Source of the DNA: Eubacteriales bacterium
Lineage (GTDB): Bacteria > Bacillota > Clostridia > Oscillospirales > CAG-272
Direction: 5' to 3'
Length of the DNA stretch: 64,000 nt
NCBI GenBank assembly: GCA_045613985.1
Contig: JAZLCA010000001.1
Coordinates: 616-64,615 of the forward strand
Part shown: one piece after another, positions 44,781-55,374 of the stretch
Layout: each line of letters starts with the position of its first letter
Position numbering within the stretch: position 1 is the stretch's first letter
Made by a program: the position numbers and the translations under genes
The notes under the pieces: model-generated
What the model saw: the letters and a program-made list of their open reading frames with translations, nothing else
Told to the model about the DNA's origin: nothing
The model's database searches: none

Positions 44781-47700
44781 TCAGTTTTTAACTTCTTCCA
44801 TGATGTAGGCTTCGAGTACGTCGCCTACCTTGATATCGTTGAACTTCTCAAGACCGATACCGCACTCGTAGCCCTGGGCTACCTCGCGGGCGTCGTCCTT
44901 GAATCTCTTGAGCGAAGCTACCTCGTCCTCGAAAATAACTACGCTGTCGCGCAGAACGCGGATCTTGCAGGCACGGGTGATCTTACCGTCGGTGACGTAA
45001 GAGCCGGCGATGGTGCCGACACCGGGCACGTGAATGGTCTGGCGAACCTCGGCGTGGCCCTGCAGAGCCTCGACGTACTTGGGTGCCAGCATACCCTTCA
45101 TGGCAGCGGTGATCTCCTCGATGCAGTCGTAAATAACGCGATAGGTGCGGATGTCAACGCCCTGACGCTCGGCACTGTCGAGCGCCGTCTTGTCGGGACG
45201 GACGTTAAATCCGACCACGATGGCGTTGGATGCGGCGGCGAGCATGACGTCGCCTTCGTTGACACCGCCGGCGGCGGCGTGAATGACGCTGACCTTGACC
45301 TCTTCGTTGGAGATCTTGAGCAGCGATGCCTTGACGGCCTCGGCCGAGCCGACCACGTCGGCCTTGACGATGACGTTGAGCGTCTTGATGCCGTCCGAGA
45401 TCTGAGCGAACAGATCGTTCAGATTTGCACGGGCGTTGGCGCGGAAGCCCTCTTCCTTGGCCTTGTTCTTACGGTCATCGGCCAGGGTACGAGCCATACG
45501 CTCGTCCTCGACCGCCTGGAATTCGTCACCCGCGGTGGGAACCTCGGCAAGACCGATGATCTCGACGGGAACGGAAGGACCGGCCGCCTTGACGGCCTTA
45601 CCGCGATGGTCGGTCATAGCGCGGACACGGCCGACGGCAGTGCCTGCGATGACGATGTCGCCGTCGTGCAGAGTACCGTTCTGTACCAGCACGGTGGCTA
45701 CGGGGCCGCGGCCCTTATCCAGCTTTGCCTCGATCACCAGACCCTTGGCGCGGCGGTTGGGATTGGCCTTGAGCTCCTTGACCTCGGCAACCAGCAGAAC
45801 GTTTTCCAGCAGATCGTCGATGCCCATGCCGGTCAAAGCAGAGACGGGAACGCAAATGACGTCGCCGCCCCATTCTTCGGGAACCAGCTCGTACTGGGTC
45901 AGCTCCTGCTTGACCTGATCGGGGTTGGCGGTGGGTTTATCCATTTTGTTGATAGCAACGATAATGTCAATGCCGGCGGCCTTGGCGTGGTTGATCGCCT
46001 CAATGGTCTGAGGCATGATACCGTCGTCGGCAGCAACGACCAGAATGGCAATGTCGGTCGACTGTGCGCCGCGGGCACGCATGGCGGTAAACGCTTCGTG
46101 GCCGGGGGTATCCAGGAAGGTGATGTCCTGACCCTTGACCTTGACGCGGTAAGCACCGATGTGCTGGGTGATACCGCCGGCCTCGCCTGCGGTAACGTGG
46201 GTGTGGCGGATGGCGTCAAGCAAAGAGGTCTTACCGTGGTCAACGTGACCCATGACGCAAACGACGGGCGCGCGGGTCTGGAGCATATCCTCGGTGTCCT
46301 CTGCCTCGTCGAACAGCTTTTCCTCAATGGAAACGACGACCTGCTTGGTCGCTTCGATGCCCAGCGAGTCGGCAACCAGATAAGCGGTGTCGAAATCGAC
46401 GATCTGGTTGACGGTGGCCATGATGCCCATCATCATCAGGGACTTGACGACCTCACCCGTCTTGACCTTCAGAGCAGATGCCAGATCGCTGACAATGATC
46501 TCCTCGGGCAAGGTGACGCTGGTGGGGAGAATGTGGGCAGGCTCGTTCATTTTCTTGTTCTTGCCGCCCTTGAAATTGTTTTTGTTGGTGGTACCGCGGG
46601 CAGCACCGGGCTGCTGACGCTTCATCTTACCGCCGTTTCCGCCGTGCAGAGCCTCGTCACGCTCGGAAACGAAGGTCTCCAGCTTTTCGTCGTACTTGGA
46701 GGGATCGTACGCCGCGCTGCCGCGGGTGTCAACGACTCTCGTCGCGCCGCGCTGTGCGGGGGTATTATTGGTTACGCGGATGGTGGCCTGGGGACGGAAG
46801 GTCTCCTTCAGACCGCCCACCTGGTTGTGTTCTCTGTCTTTGTCAAAACCGCCGCCAAAGCTGTTGCCGCCTTTGCCGCCCTGCTGAGGACGGTTGCCCT
46901 GCTGGGGACGACCGGCGCCGCGATCGTTGCCGAAGCCACGATCATTGCCGAAGCCGCGATCGTTGCCGAAGCCGCGATCGTTGCCAAAGCCACCCTGTGC
47001 GGGACGGCTCTGCGCGCCGAAAGAACCCTGGGCCGGGCGGTTTTGTGCGCCAAAACCACCTTGTGCGGGTCGATTGTTATTGAAAGCACCCGGCTGGCGT
47101 GCCTGGTTTGCGCCTCCCTGACCGGAAGCGGTATTCTGTGCCGGACGAGCGGCGTTATTGTAAGGCTGGTTTGCGCGGGGAGCGGGAGATGCCGGACGGT
47201 TCTGCTGTCCTGCAGGCTGCTGCACGCCGCGGTTGGCACCGCCTTGCATGGGTGCGCCCTGCTTGGGAGCGGGAGCGGACTTCTGCTCGGGCTTAACTTC
47301 TGCCTTAGGAGCGGGAGCGGGCTTCTGCTCGGGCTTAACTTCCGCCTTGGGAGCGGGAGCAGGGTTTTGCTCGGGCTTGACTTCTGCCTTGGGAGCGGGA
47401 GCGGGCTTCTGCTCAGGCTTGACTTCTGCCTTGGGAGCGGGAGCGGGCTTCTGCTCGGGCTTGACTTCCGCCTTGGGAGCGGGAGCGGGCTTCTGCTCGG
47501 GCTTGACTTCTGCCTTGGGAGCGGGAGCGGGCTTCTGCTCGGGCTTGACTTCTGCCTTGGGAGCGGGAGCGGGCTTTTGCTCGGGCTTGACTTCTGCTTT
47601 GGGGGCAGTCTCCTTTGCCGGCTCTGCCTTGTGTGCCGCCTTGGAGGGGATCTTGGTCACGCCGTCCAGATAGTCCTCAATATTTGAGATTTGATGGTCT

Positions 47701-47861
47701 CTGGTCAACGTTTCAAAGAGAATATCGAATTCGACGGGCTCCAGCGAGCGTTGCGTCTTGACTTCTTTGCCGTACGCCGCCAGAATATCTGAGAGGTCCT
47801 TGCTTTTGAGTCCCAGATCCTTTGCCATCTTATTCACTTTATATTGCGAGTTGATTGCCAT
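44781..47861 (-). CDS. infB: Translation initiation factor IF-2
   Basis: ATG at 47861 follows AGGAGG. G-domain [19 protein letters not shown] and NKMD. The ORF-track start at 48005 is an upstream extension. Confidence 0.95.
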   Translation of the reverse strand: MAINSQYKVNKMAKDLGLKSKDLSDILAAYGKEVKTQRSLEPVEFDILFETLTRDHQISNIEDYLDGVTKIPSKAAHKAEPAKETAPKAEVKPEQKPAPAPKAEVKPEQKPAPAPKAEVKPEQKPAPAPKAEVKPEQKPAPAPKAEVKPEQKPAPAPKAEVKPEQNPAPAPKAEVKPEQKPAPAPKAEVKPEQKSAPAPKQGAPMQGGANRGVQQPAGQQNRPASPAPRANQPYNNAARPAQNTASGQGGANQARQPGAFNNNRPAQGGFGAQNRPAQGSFGAQSRPAQGGFGNDRGFGNDRGFGNDRGFGNDRGAGRPQQGNRPQQGGKGGNSFGGGFDKDREHNQVGGLKETFRPQATIRVTNNTPAQRGATRVVDTRGSAAYDPSKYDEKLETFVSERDEALHGGNGGKMKRQQPGAARGTTNKNNFKGGKNKKMNEPAHILPTSVTLPEEIIVSDLASALKVKTGEVVKSLMMMGIMATVNQIVDFDTAYLVADSLGIEATKQVVVSIEEKLFDEAEDTEDMLQTRAPVVCVMGHVDHGKTSLLDAIRHTHVTAGEAGGITQHIGAYRVKVKGQDITFLDTPGHEAFTAMRARGAQSTDIAILVVAADDGIMPQTIEAINHAKAAGIDIIVAINKMDKPTANPDQVKQELTQYELVPEEWGGDVICVPVSALTGMGIDDLLENVLLVAEVKELKANPNRRAKGLVIEAKLDKGRGPVATVLVQNGTLHDGDIVIAGTAVGRVRAMTDHRGKAVKAAGPSVPVEIIGLAEVPTAGDEFQAVEDERMARTLADDRKNKAKEEGFRANARANLNDLFAQISDGIKTLNVIVKADVVGSAEAVKASLLKISNEEVKVSVIHAAAGGVNEGDVMLAAASNAIVVGFNVRPDKTALDSAERQGVDIRTYRVIYDCIEEITAAMKGMLAPKYVEALQGHAEVRQTIHVPGVGTIAGSYVTDGKITRACKIRVLRDSVVIFEDEVASLKRFKDDAREVAQGYECGIGLEKFNDIKVGDVLEAYIMEEVKN
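47265..47600 (-). repeat. 8 x 42-bp in-frame tandem repeat ([14 protein letters not shown]) in the IF-2 N-terminal region
   Basis: Near-perfect copies. A second short repeat, GFGNDR x4, lies around 46915-46992. Confidence 0.9.
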
Positions 47862-47967
47862 GTTTCCTCCTAAATTATCCCGGCACAAAGGCGATGTATC
47901 CGACCGGTCAGTGTCGGCGATCCTGTGTGTCGTCAATATCGGTGTTGGTTGTTCATTGAGGTTGTGA

Positions 47968-48354
47968 TTATTGTTCGCTGTCGCCGTGCAGGGGCGCATC
48001 GGCACAGGCCGGATCGGTTGCTTGCAGTGCGTTCAGTGCCTTTTGCACCGCGCAGACAAGATTTTGATCCGTGACAGCCACGGCTGCAAGCGTTGACGAT
48101 TTGCCCAACGCCGCCGCCAAGCGTCCGCCCTCGACGGGCAAACGAAGGTGACTGACTTGATAGAAGCTGCATTTGTCGCAGATCTTTTTATGTGTTGCGG
48201 CCGAAGTATCTGCCGCTTCCAGTACCAAATAGGGTTTGATTTTCTTTTGCAGTGCTTCGCACACCATGGGGGTTCCCATGACGAGAGCGCGCGCTTTCAC
48301 GCACAGCCCGAGCGCATTCAAAAGCTTTTGCACCGCCGCGTCACGATTGTTCAT
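47968..48354 (-). CDS. L7Ae-family RNA-binding protein (YlxQ-like)
   Basis: Sits between ylxR and infB. Contains [17 protein letters not shown]. Confidence 0.8.
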   Translation of the reverse strand: MNNRDAAVQKLLNALGLCVKARALVMGTPMVCEALQKKIKPYLVLEAADTSAATHKKICDKCSFYQVSHLRLPVEGGRLAAALGKSSTLAAVAVTDQNLVCAVQKALNALQATDPACADAPLHGDSEQ

Positions 48355-48628
48355 CGGCATAGCTTTCCAGCTCCTGTTCCATGCGGTCATAGACCTCTTC
48401 GGGAATGGCACATTCGAGATTGCTCTCGATGCGGCGGCTCTTGCGAGCCTTGCGCAGGCACTTGACGTCGCGGCAGATGTAGGCGCCGCGGCCGTTTTTG
48501 CGGCCGGTCATATCCAGCGAGATGTCGCCCTCGGGGGAGCGGACTACCCGCAAAAGCTCGGTTTTGGGCTTGTGCTCGTTGCATCCCATGCACTGACGCA
48601 CGGGAATTTTACGTACCTTGGGTGGCAT
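48341..48628 (-). CDS. rnpM: YlxR/RnpM family protein (DUF448)
   Basis: RQCMGCNEHKPKTELLRVV...GRGAYIC. Confidence 0.85.
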   Translation of the reverse strand: MPPKVRKIPVRQCMGCNEHKPKTELLRVVRSPEGDISLDMTGRKNGRGAYICRDVKCLRKARKSRRIESNLECAIPEEVYDRMEQELESYADEQS

Positions 48629-48648
48629 GGTTGCCTCCTTGAGTAGAA

Positions 48649-49674
48649 TTATTCGGACTTGATGTCGACCTTGTGGCCGGTCAGACGGGCAGCCAAGCGA
48701 GCGTTCTGACCTTCCTTACCGATGGCAAGCGAGAGCTGATCGGCATCGACGAGAACGCGGCAAGCGCGCTCACCCGTCATTTCGACGTTCAGAATGGTGG
48801 CGGGAGCCAGAGCGGACGCGACGTACTCGACGGGATCCTCGCTGTACTTGACGATATCGATCTTTTCGCCCTTGAGCTCATCCAGGATAGCCGAGATACG
48901 CATACCGTGGTTACCGATGCAAGCGCCGACGGGATCTACGTCCGCATCGCGCGACATAACGGCGATCTTGGTACGGGAGCCGGCCTCGCGGGCAACACCC
49001 TTGACCATAACGACGCCGTCAGCGATCTCGGGGATCTCAAGCTCAAACATACGGCGAACCAGACCCGGATGGATGCGGGACAGGGTGACCAGGGGACCGC
49101 GGGACTCGCGGTTGACTTCCATAACGAACACCTTGATGCGGTCGCCTACGCGCAAAATCTCGCCGGGGATCTGCTCGTTCTTGAGCAGCGTTGCAAAGCT
49201 CGTGCCCGTTTCCAGTACGACGTTGCCCGACTCGGGATCGACCTTGGAGACGGTCGCGGTGATGATCTCCTCGCGCTTGTTCTCGTACGCCTCCTGCATG
49301 ACGCGGCGCTCACCCTCACGGATGCCCTGTACGATAACGCTTCTTGCGGCACCGGCCGAAAGACGGCGGAAGTTTTTGGTCTTGATCTCCGTCTCGACGA
49401 TCTTGCCGACGGTGTATCTCTTGCTGATGGCCTTGGCGTCAGCCAAAGAGATCTGGGTTTCAGGATCGGTCACCTCTTCGACGACCTCCTTCTGCTGATA
49501 CAGACGGACGTCCTTCTTGGCGGGATCAATGACAACGCGCACGTTGGTGTTGGTGCCGAATTCCTTCTTGTAGGCGGCGGTCAGCGCAGCCTCGATCTTT
49601 TCGTACATATATTCGGGGGGAATGCCTTTTTCTTTCTGGAGCATATCCAGCGCGGTGAAAAACTCGGTGTTCAT
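48649..49674 (-). CDS. nusA: Transcription termination/antitermination factor NusA
   Basis: ATG at 49674 follows AAAGGA. S1 and KH domains recognised. Confidence 0.95.
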   Translation of the reverse strand: MNTEFFTALDMLQKEKGIPPEYMYEKIEAALTAAYKKEFGTNTNVRVVIDPAKKDVRLYQQKEVVEEVTDPETQISLADAKAISKRYTVGKIVETEIKTKNFRRLSAGAARSVIVQGIREGERRVMQEAYENKREEIITATVSKVDPESGNVVLETGTSFATLLKNEQIPGEILRVGDRIKVFVMEVNRESRGPLVTLSRIHPGLVRRMFELEIPEIADGVVMVKGVAREAGSRTKIAVMSRDADVDPVGACIGNHGMRISAILDELKGEKIDIVKYSEDPVEYVASALAPATILNVEMTGERACRVLVDADQLSLAIGKEGQNARLAARLTGHKVDIKSE

Positions 49675-49703
49675 GGTTGAATATCCTTTCCTTAAATTTA
49701 TGC

Positions 49704-50177
49704 TCAAAATTCAAATACGGTAGTCATGCGGCTGATGGAGGAGTGGGGAATGGACAGCGTTTCCTCGCCCACGCCCAGAAGCACGTTATTGTTTTCGTCA
49801 AGGCCAAGCAGCGTTCCGCGATGGACGCGGCTGCCGTTCAGGGGAGCGAACAGTCTTGCCTCGACCGTCTCGCCCTGGCAATAAGCAATATGGGCGGCCG
49901 TTTTGACGTCGCGCTCGACGCCGGGGGAGGAGATCTCCAGGTGATAGGAATCGGTGATGGGATCCGCCTCGTCCAAAATGGGATCGATGGCGCGGCTGAA
50001 GGTCTCGCAATCGTCGATGGTAATGCCGTTTTCGCTGTCGATGGTGATGCGCAGGTAATAATCTGCACCTTCACGGACGTACTCTACGTCCCACAGGGAA
50101 TAGCCGAGCTGTTCGGCTAACGGTGCGGCGAGGGCGGTTACAACGTCGGCGACAGAGCCGTTTTTCTTGTTTGCCAT
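49704..50177 (-). CDS. rimP: Ribosome maturation factor RimP
   Basis: Lies upstream of nusA. RBS AAAGGAG. Confidence 0.9.
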   Translation of the reverse strand: MANKKNGSVADVVTALAAPLAEQLGYSLWDVEYVREGADYYLRITIDSENGITIDDCETFSRAIDPILDEADPITDSYHLEISSPGVERDVKTAAHIAYCQGETVEARLFAPLNGSRVHRGTLLGLDENNNVLLGVGEETLSIPHSSISRMTTVFEF

Positions 50178-50749
50178 GGCTGCAAACTCCTTTGGTAATT
50201 TTTATATTTGGTCTCATGCAATGGAGAGTGGATTCTTTCGAACCCACTCTCCAGCGCACGTTTACTATCCTACGGTAGGTAGTATACCACACTTTTTCCT
50301 GTATTGCAAGGGTTTTTTGCGATTTTTTCACATCTTTTTAATGTTTTTTTGCAGGAACAAAAAGAAGGAGAGCGGCATAGCATGGGAATGATAAGATTTT
50401 TATGGAAAGGCGGAGTTTTTATGAAGATCGTCGTCGTTCGTTCACCGGCGTTTTTGAGACCGTTGCTCAGGTGGTTTTTGAGGAAAAGGAAGGATTAAGA
50501 TTTTTACAATTTCTCCTACCGCTCGCACAGCCCACCTCGACCTCATCAAATTGAAGTGTCCATTTGATGAGGTCGAGCGGATGCGCGCTTGCTAAATTTT
50601 TCGCTAAAGCGATGAAGCAGGCGCGCATATATTTTCTGTTTTTTCTCCTTGCAGAGCGTCCAAAGAAAAAGTTGCATAAGATTTAGCGAATCTTCCTCCG
50701 TTTTCCACCGCGTATGCAAAATATTTACAATCATACCTGTACAAAACTC

Positions 50750-50778
50750 TTGACTTTTCCATAATATTGCTGTATAAT
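50750..50778 (+). promoter_or_regulatory. Promoter TTGACT-17-TATAAT
   Basis: -35 at 50750-50755 and -10 at 50773-50778. Confidence 0.7.
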
Positions 50779-50813
50779 GAACTGTCGAAAGAATAAAACG
50801 GAGGATTCTACCC

Positions 50814-51638
50814 ATGATGAAACGAGTATTTGCCCTGATGCTGGCAGTTTTGATGCTGTGCGCACTGGTGGCGTGTTCCAACAAGGACGACGGAGTGACG
50901 GATGACCCTGTCATCGACGTCGAAATCAAGCTGTCCACCTACACCGACAGCAACGGAGATACTTTTACATACGAATACCTGAACAGTACGTCGGTTACCA
51001 TTACCGGCTTTTCCGGCAGTGATGAGCCTCACCTTGTAACCATCCCCGCCGTTATCGTGGAAGAAGTGAAGGGCGAGGGCAATACGACCGAGAAGGTAGA
51101 GAAGCAGGTTATTGCCATTGCCGACAGCGCTTTCTTCGCCAATTCCAACATTTCCGCAATCAAGTGTGACGCTCAGCTGCAAAGCATCGGCCGTTATGCC
51201 TTTGCTTACTGTGAGGCTCTCGTGACGGTTGAATTGCCCGACACGCTGGATACCATTGGAGACGGTGCGTTCTATAACTGCTCCGCTCTGACTACCGTCG
51301 ATTTGGGTGACGGCCTTGCCGGTATTGGCGAGCACGTCTTTTACAACTGCCCTCTTTTGACCGGCGTTGTTTTCCCTGCAAGCCTTCAGTCCATCGGTGC
51401 TGCTGCATTCCATGGATGCGTGGCTCTGACTGCTGTTGAGCTTCCCGAGGGCGTCGTTTCCGTTGGCGCACAGGCTTTCTATAACTGCACCGCGGTTGAG
51501 AAGCTGACTCTGCCCGCATCCCTGACCGAGATCGGCAAATGGGCGTTCAATCCCTTCGTTCGCACCCTGCCCGATGAGGCGGTCACCGTTCCCGAGGGCT
51601 CCAAGGCGGCCGAGCACATCGCGCAGTTCCGTCCTTAA
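50814..51638 (+). CDS. BspA-type leucine-rich-repeat lipoprotein
   Basis: Lipobox LVACS. Repeats of the form F..C..L..V.LP..L..IG..AF. Confidence 0.8.
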   Translation: MMKRVFALMLAVLMLCALVACSNKDDGVTDDPVIDVEIKLSTYTDSNGDTFTYEYLNSTSVTITGFSGSDEPHLVTIPAVIVEEVKGEGNTTEKVEKQVIAIADSAFFANSNISAIKCDAQLQSIGRYAFAYCEALVTVELPDTLDTIGDGAFYNCSALTTVDLGDGLAGIGEHVFYNCPLLTGVVFPASLQSIGAAAFHGCVALTAVELPEGVVSVGAQAFYNCTAVEKLTLPASLTEIGKWAFNPFVRTLPDEAVTVPEGSKAAEHIAQFRP

Positions 51639-51662
51639 TTTATTGAATGTAATCAAACACAG

Positions 51663-51703
51663 AAAACCGTGGGATCCTGAGGCAAGGATCCCACGGTTTT
51701 TTT
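51663..51703 (+). terminator. Intrinsic terminator
   Basis: CCGTGGGATCC / GGATCCCACGG stem followed by T7. Confidence 0.9.
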
Positions 51704-51744
51704 GGTGCGGTTCGCTTGGACCGCTTGTACTTTGAAGGGAAACA

Positions 51745-51771
51745 GGGGAACTTTTTTCAAAAAAGTTCCCC
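51745..51771 (-). terminator. Perfect 13-bp palindrome GGGGAACTTTTTT-C-AAAAAAGTTCCCC, 10 nt after the stop of the radical-SAM gene
   Basis: Family members at 59339-59366 and 60840-60863. Confidence 0.6.
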
Positions 51772-51781
51772 TATTCGTTCT

Positions 51782-52672
51782 TTACATCTTATCGCCCTCA
51801 AATACCGGCGTGTAATCCGCCGTGGCAGAGGTTCGCTTTTGAATGAAGCCCTCAAATTTCAGCTTTTGCATCTCGTAAGCGACGCTTTCGTACTCCAGCG
51901 TCGTGATGCGGCGGCGGAGATTGTCGTGCGGGCAATCCTCGGGCACGAAATCGGGCGTGTACTGGCTCATCAAGCTGAAAATAAACTCGTCGGGCGAGAA
52001 CATTTTAGCGAGCTGTCCCATGACCGCGATGGAGTCCTTACGACAGCCGGGCAGTACCAGATGGCGCACCAGAAGTCCCTTGGCGAGCATACCGTTTTCG
52101 TCATACTGCGGCTTTCCTACCTGCTTTTGCATACGCAACAGCGCCGCCTTGGCCACCTTGAAATAGTCGGCCGCTCCCGAATAGTCCTTGGAAATGTCGG
52201 AGGAGTAGTATTTCAGATCGGGCATGTAAATATCGATCAAGCCCTCCAACGCATCGATGGTCTCGACCGATTCGTAGCCGCCGCAGTTGTAAATCACGGG
52301 GACGTACAGTTGCTTGCGGACGCGGCGCAAGGCTTCGATCACCTGCGCGGCGTAGTGGGAGGGGGTGACCAGATTGATGTTATGCGCGCCCTGTCGCTGC
52401 AATTCCAGCATACGGTCGGCAAGCTCGCGCACCGTCAAATCCCGCCCTTTAGCGTTGTGGCTGACCTCGTAATTCTGACAAAAGACACAGCGTAAATTGC
52501 AACCCGAGAAAAAGATGGTTCCCGAGCCGCGCTTGCCGCTGATGATGGGCTCTTCCCAAAGGTGCAGGGCACTGCGGGCAATGCGAACCGTATTGGTGAC
52601 TCCGCAATATCCCTTCTCGCCTGCCTCTCGATCGACGGTGCATCCGCGCGGGCAGTTGTGACAAACGCTCAT
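51782..52672 (-). CDS. Radical SAM protein (PflX-like activase family)
   Basis: CNLRCVFCQN motif. Confidence 0.85.
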   Translation of the reverse strand: MSVCHNCPRGCTVDREAGEKGYCGVTNTVRIARSALHLWEEPIISGKRGSGTIFFSGCNLRCVFCQNYEVSHNAKGRDLTVRELADRMLELQRQGAHNINLVTPSHYAAQVIEALRRVRKQLYVPVIYNCGGYESVETIDALEGLIDIYMPDLKYYSSDISKDYSGAADYFKVAKAALLRMQKQVGKPQYDENGMLAKGLLVRHLVLPGCRKDSIAVMGQLAKMFSPDEFIFSLMSQYTPDFVPEDCPHDNLRRRITTLEYESVAYEMQKLKFEGFIQKRTSATADYTPVFEGDKM

Positions 52673-52828
52673 ATCAATCCTCCTTGTCCAGCGGCCGCTT
52701 GTGCGGCGGAGCGGACTCTGGACTAATTATATCATATTTTTAGCGCAAAATCAACTCTCCCTTTACTTTTTTATCCGTATGTGCTATACTAAATAAGGAG
52801 ATTTTGAATCAACGGAGGCAACAAATGT

Positions 52829-54112
52829 ATGAAACTCATCCAAACGGCAGAAATTTTGTGTGTCGGCACCGAACTTCTTTTGGGCGACATTCTCAACACC
52901 AACGCGGCTTTTATCGCACGGGGGCTGTCTGAACTGGGAATTCACGTCTATCACCAAAGCGTTGTGGGAGACCATGCAGAGCGAATGCAAGAGGCATTTC
53001 AACTGGCCTTGTCCCGCGCTGACGTGGTGATTGCCTCGGGCGGACTCGGTCCGACTTACGATGATATCACTCGCGAGGTCGCGGCGGCTGTGCTGGGCCT
53101 TGCATTGCACAAGGACGAAGGCGTGCTTGACGGTATTCGTCAATATTTTGCTCGCTCGGGACGAACGATGACGCCCAACAACGAGCGGCAGGCTATGGTT
53201 CCCGAGGGCGCACACGTCCTGGAGAACCGCCAAGGAACGGCTCCCGGGCTCATCCTGTCCGACTGTGCGCACAACAAAACCATTATTCTTTTGCCGGGAC
53301 CTCCCCGCGAGCTGATGCCCATGTGGCGGGATAGCGTTTTGCCTTATCTGAAGTCGCGCACCGACCGCGTGCTGTTCAGTCTGAACGTCCACATCTTCGG
53401 CATGGGGGAAAGCGCGGTGGAAACTCATCTGCGCGGCATGATGACCGAGGGCAAAAATCCTACGATTGCTCCCTATTGCAGTGCGGGCGAGGTCAGATTG
53501 CGCATCACGGCGCAAGCAGAGAGCGAACAGACCGCGAGGGATATGTGCAGACGGACGCTCGGGAGCATCATGGAAAGCGAGGTCGGGGCTTACGTCTATG
53601 CGGTCGCTCCCTCCACCGAAGGCGAAGCAACACTTGAGGGTGTCGCTATCTGGGAGCTGCTTCGCCAAAACAAAACGGTCGCCACCGCCGAATCCTGCAC
53701 GGGCGGTTTGATTGCCAAACGCTTGACCGATATTCCCGGCTCGTCTGCGGCGGTGCTGGGCGGATTCGTCACCTATACGAATGAAATGAAAATGGCTATG
53801 CTGGGCGTCGCGTCCGATACGCTCGAGCGATACACCGCCGTGAGCGAGCAGACCGCCGCTGAAATGGCGCGGGGCGCCCGCCTTCGCACCGGGGCAGATA
53901 TCGGCATTTCCACCACGGGCTATGCAGGCCCGGGCGGCGGAACGGAGGATTGCCCCGTCGGAACCGTCTTCGTCGGCATCAGCACCGAGGAGGACACGCG
54001 CGTTGTTCGCCTGAAGCTGTCGCCCGATCGCTCTCGCGATTATATTCGCACGCTGGCGGCCTCGCACGCGCTGAATTTGATTCGCTGTGCCGCCTCAAAC
54101 GCCGGAAAATGA
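52829..54112 (+). CDS. cinA: CinA family protein (competence/damage-inducible; NMN amidohydrolase domain)
   Basis: MKLIQTAEILCVGTELLLGDILNTNAAFIARGL. Confidence 0.9.
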   Translation: MKLIQTAEILCVGTELLLGDILNTNAAFIARGLSELGIHVYHQSVVGDHAERMQEAFQLALSRADVVIASGGLGPTYDDITREVAAAVLGLALHKDEGVLDGIRQYFARSGRTMTPNNERQAMVPEGAHVLENRQGTAPGLILSDCAHNKTIILLPGPPRELMPMWRDSVLPYLKSRTDRVLFSLNVHIFGMGESAVETHLRGMMTEGKNPTIAPYCSAGEVRLRITAQAESEQTARDMCRRTLGSIMESEVGAYVYAVAPSTEGEATLEGVAIWELLRQNKTVATAESCTGGLIAKRLTDIPGSSAAVLGGFVTYTNEMKMAMLGVASDTLERYTAVSEQTAAEMARGARLRTGADIGISTTGYAGPGGGTEDCPVGTVFVGISTEEDTRVVRLKLSPDRSRDYIRTLAASHALNLIRCAASNAGK

Positions 54113-54248
54113 CAAAAATTAAACAATTTTCTGCGAAAAGAGTGAGAAAGCTCTTGATTTTCAGCGAAAAATGGGGTAAAATAGTACGGTATATTTCGGC
54201 CGCCAATGGCGCCGACCAAGTTTTCCACCAAGAAAGGTTACACAAAAT

Positions 54249-55325
54249 ATGGCAAAATTCAGAAAAATTGGTATATTAACCTCGGGCGGTGACGCTCCCG
54301 GTATGAATGCGGCTGTCCGCGCGGTTGCGCGCGAGGCTATGCACGAGGGCGTGCAGGTCGTGGGTATCCGCGAGGGCTATCAGGGCTTGATCGAGGGTAA
54401 CGTTTTTGATATGACAACGCACGACGTGTCGGGCATCATCACCCACGGCGGTACGGCACTTTATTCCAGCCGTAGCCCCATGTTTGCTACGGACGAGGGC
54501 ATGAAAATGGCTCTGGAGACCTGCGAGAAGAACAGCATCGACGCGATCGTTGCCCTGGGCGGTGACGGTACCTTCCGCGGTGCGACCAAGCTGACGCACA
54601 ACGGTATTCCTTCCATCGGCATTCCCTGTACCATCGACAACGACATTACCGCTACCGAGCACACCATCGGCTTTGATACGGCGATGAACACGGTGCTGGG
54701 CATGGTAGACGCTCTGCGCGAAACCTGCGAATCTCACAAGCGTTGCAACGTTATTGAGGTTATGGGCCGCGACTGCGGTCTGATCGCTTTGCACACGGGT
54801 ATTACGACGGGTGCTTTGGCGATCGCCATTCCCGAGATGCCCTTCGATGAGGATTTTGCCATCGGCAAGCTGGCTTCCGCACGCGCACAGGGCAAGAGAG
54901 GTCTGATCGCGCTGGCAAGCGAAGGCATGAAGCCGATCGGTGACCAAAAGTACAGCGAGTATTTCGCCGAGCAGATCGAAAAGAGAACGGGCATTGAGAC
55001 CAAGTTTGCTCGTTGCGGACACATCATTCGCGGCGGTGCGCCTACTCTGCGCGACCGCTTGATCGCGACTGCCATGGGTTATGCGGCCGTTCAGGAGCTG
55101 CTGGCGGGCAAGAGCAACGAGGTCATGTGCATCGTGGACGGTAAGATCGAGGCTGTAGAGATCAACTACGCGCTGATTCTGGACCGTATGTACAAGGGCA
55201 AACTGGAGGACGGCGATCTGGATCAGTTTACCCAGGAGCAGCTGGCGTCCATGAAGGAGACCTGCCGCCTGCGCCGACGCGAGATCGAATATCTGTATCA
55301 GATGGCCAACAGCATCAGCTTCTGA
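54249..55325 (+). CDS. pfkA: ATP-dependent 6-phosphofructokinase
   Basis: KIGILTSGGDAPGMNAAVRAV and GGDGT motifs. Confidence 0.95.
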   Translation: MAKFRKIGILTSGGDAPGMNAAVRAVAREAMHEGVQVVGIREGYQGLIEGNVFDMTTHDVSGIITHGGTALYSSRSPMFATDEGMKMALETCEKNSIDAIVALGGDGTFRGATKLTHNGIPSIGIPCTIDNDITATEHTIGFDTAMNTVLGMVDALRETCESHKRCNVIEVMGRDCGLIALHTGITTGALAIAIPEMPFDEDFAIGKLASARAQGKRGLIALASEGMKPIGDQKYSEYFAEQIEKRTGIETKFARCGHIIRGGAPTLRDRLIATAMGYAAVQELLAGKSNEVMCIVDGKIEAVEINYALILDRMYKGKLEDGDLDQFTQEQLASMKETCRLRRREIEYLYQMANSISF

Positions 55326-55334
55326 TGGAGCAGA

Positions 55335-55374
55335 AAACAAAAGGAGAACTTCGGTTTGAAGTTCTCCTTTTTTC
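55335..55374. terminator. Bidirectional terminator
   Basis: AAGGAGAACTTC / GAAGTTCTCCTT stem followed by TTTTTC. Confidence 0.9.

Noticed and set aside
47233-47673. Repetitive 146-aa plus-strand ORF ([14 protein letters not shown] repeats)
   Set aside because: It is the antisense reading of the infB 42-bp tandem repeat.
50304-50498. Small ORFs (64 aa, plus an internal 25-aa MKIVVVRSPAFLRPLLRWFLRKRKD) and a 16-bp perfect hairpin (50536-50577) upstream of rimP
   Set aside because: There is no supporting homology or context. The hairpin could be a terminator or insulator between divergent units, but nothing further can be argued from sequence alone.
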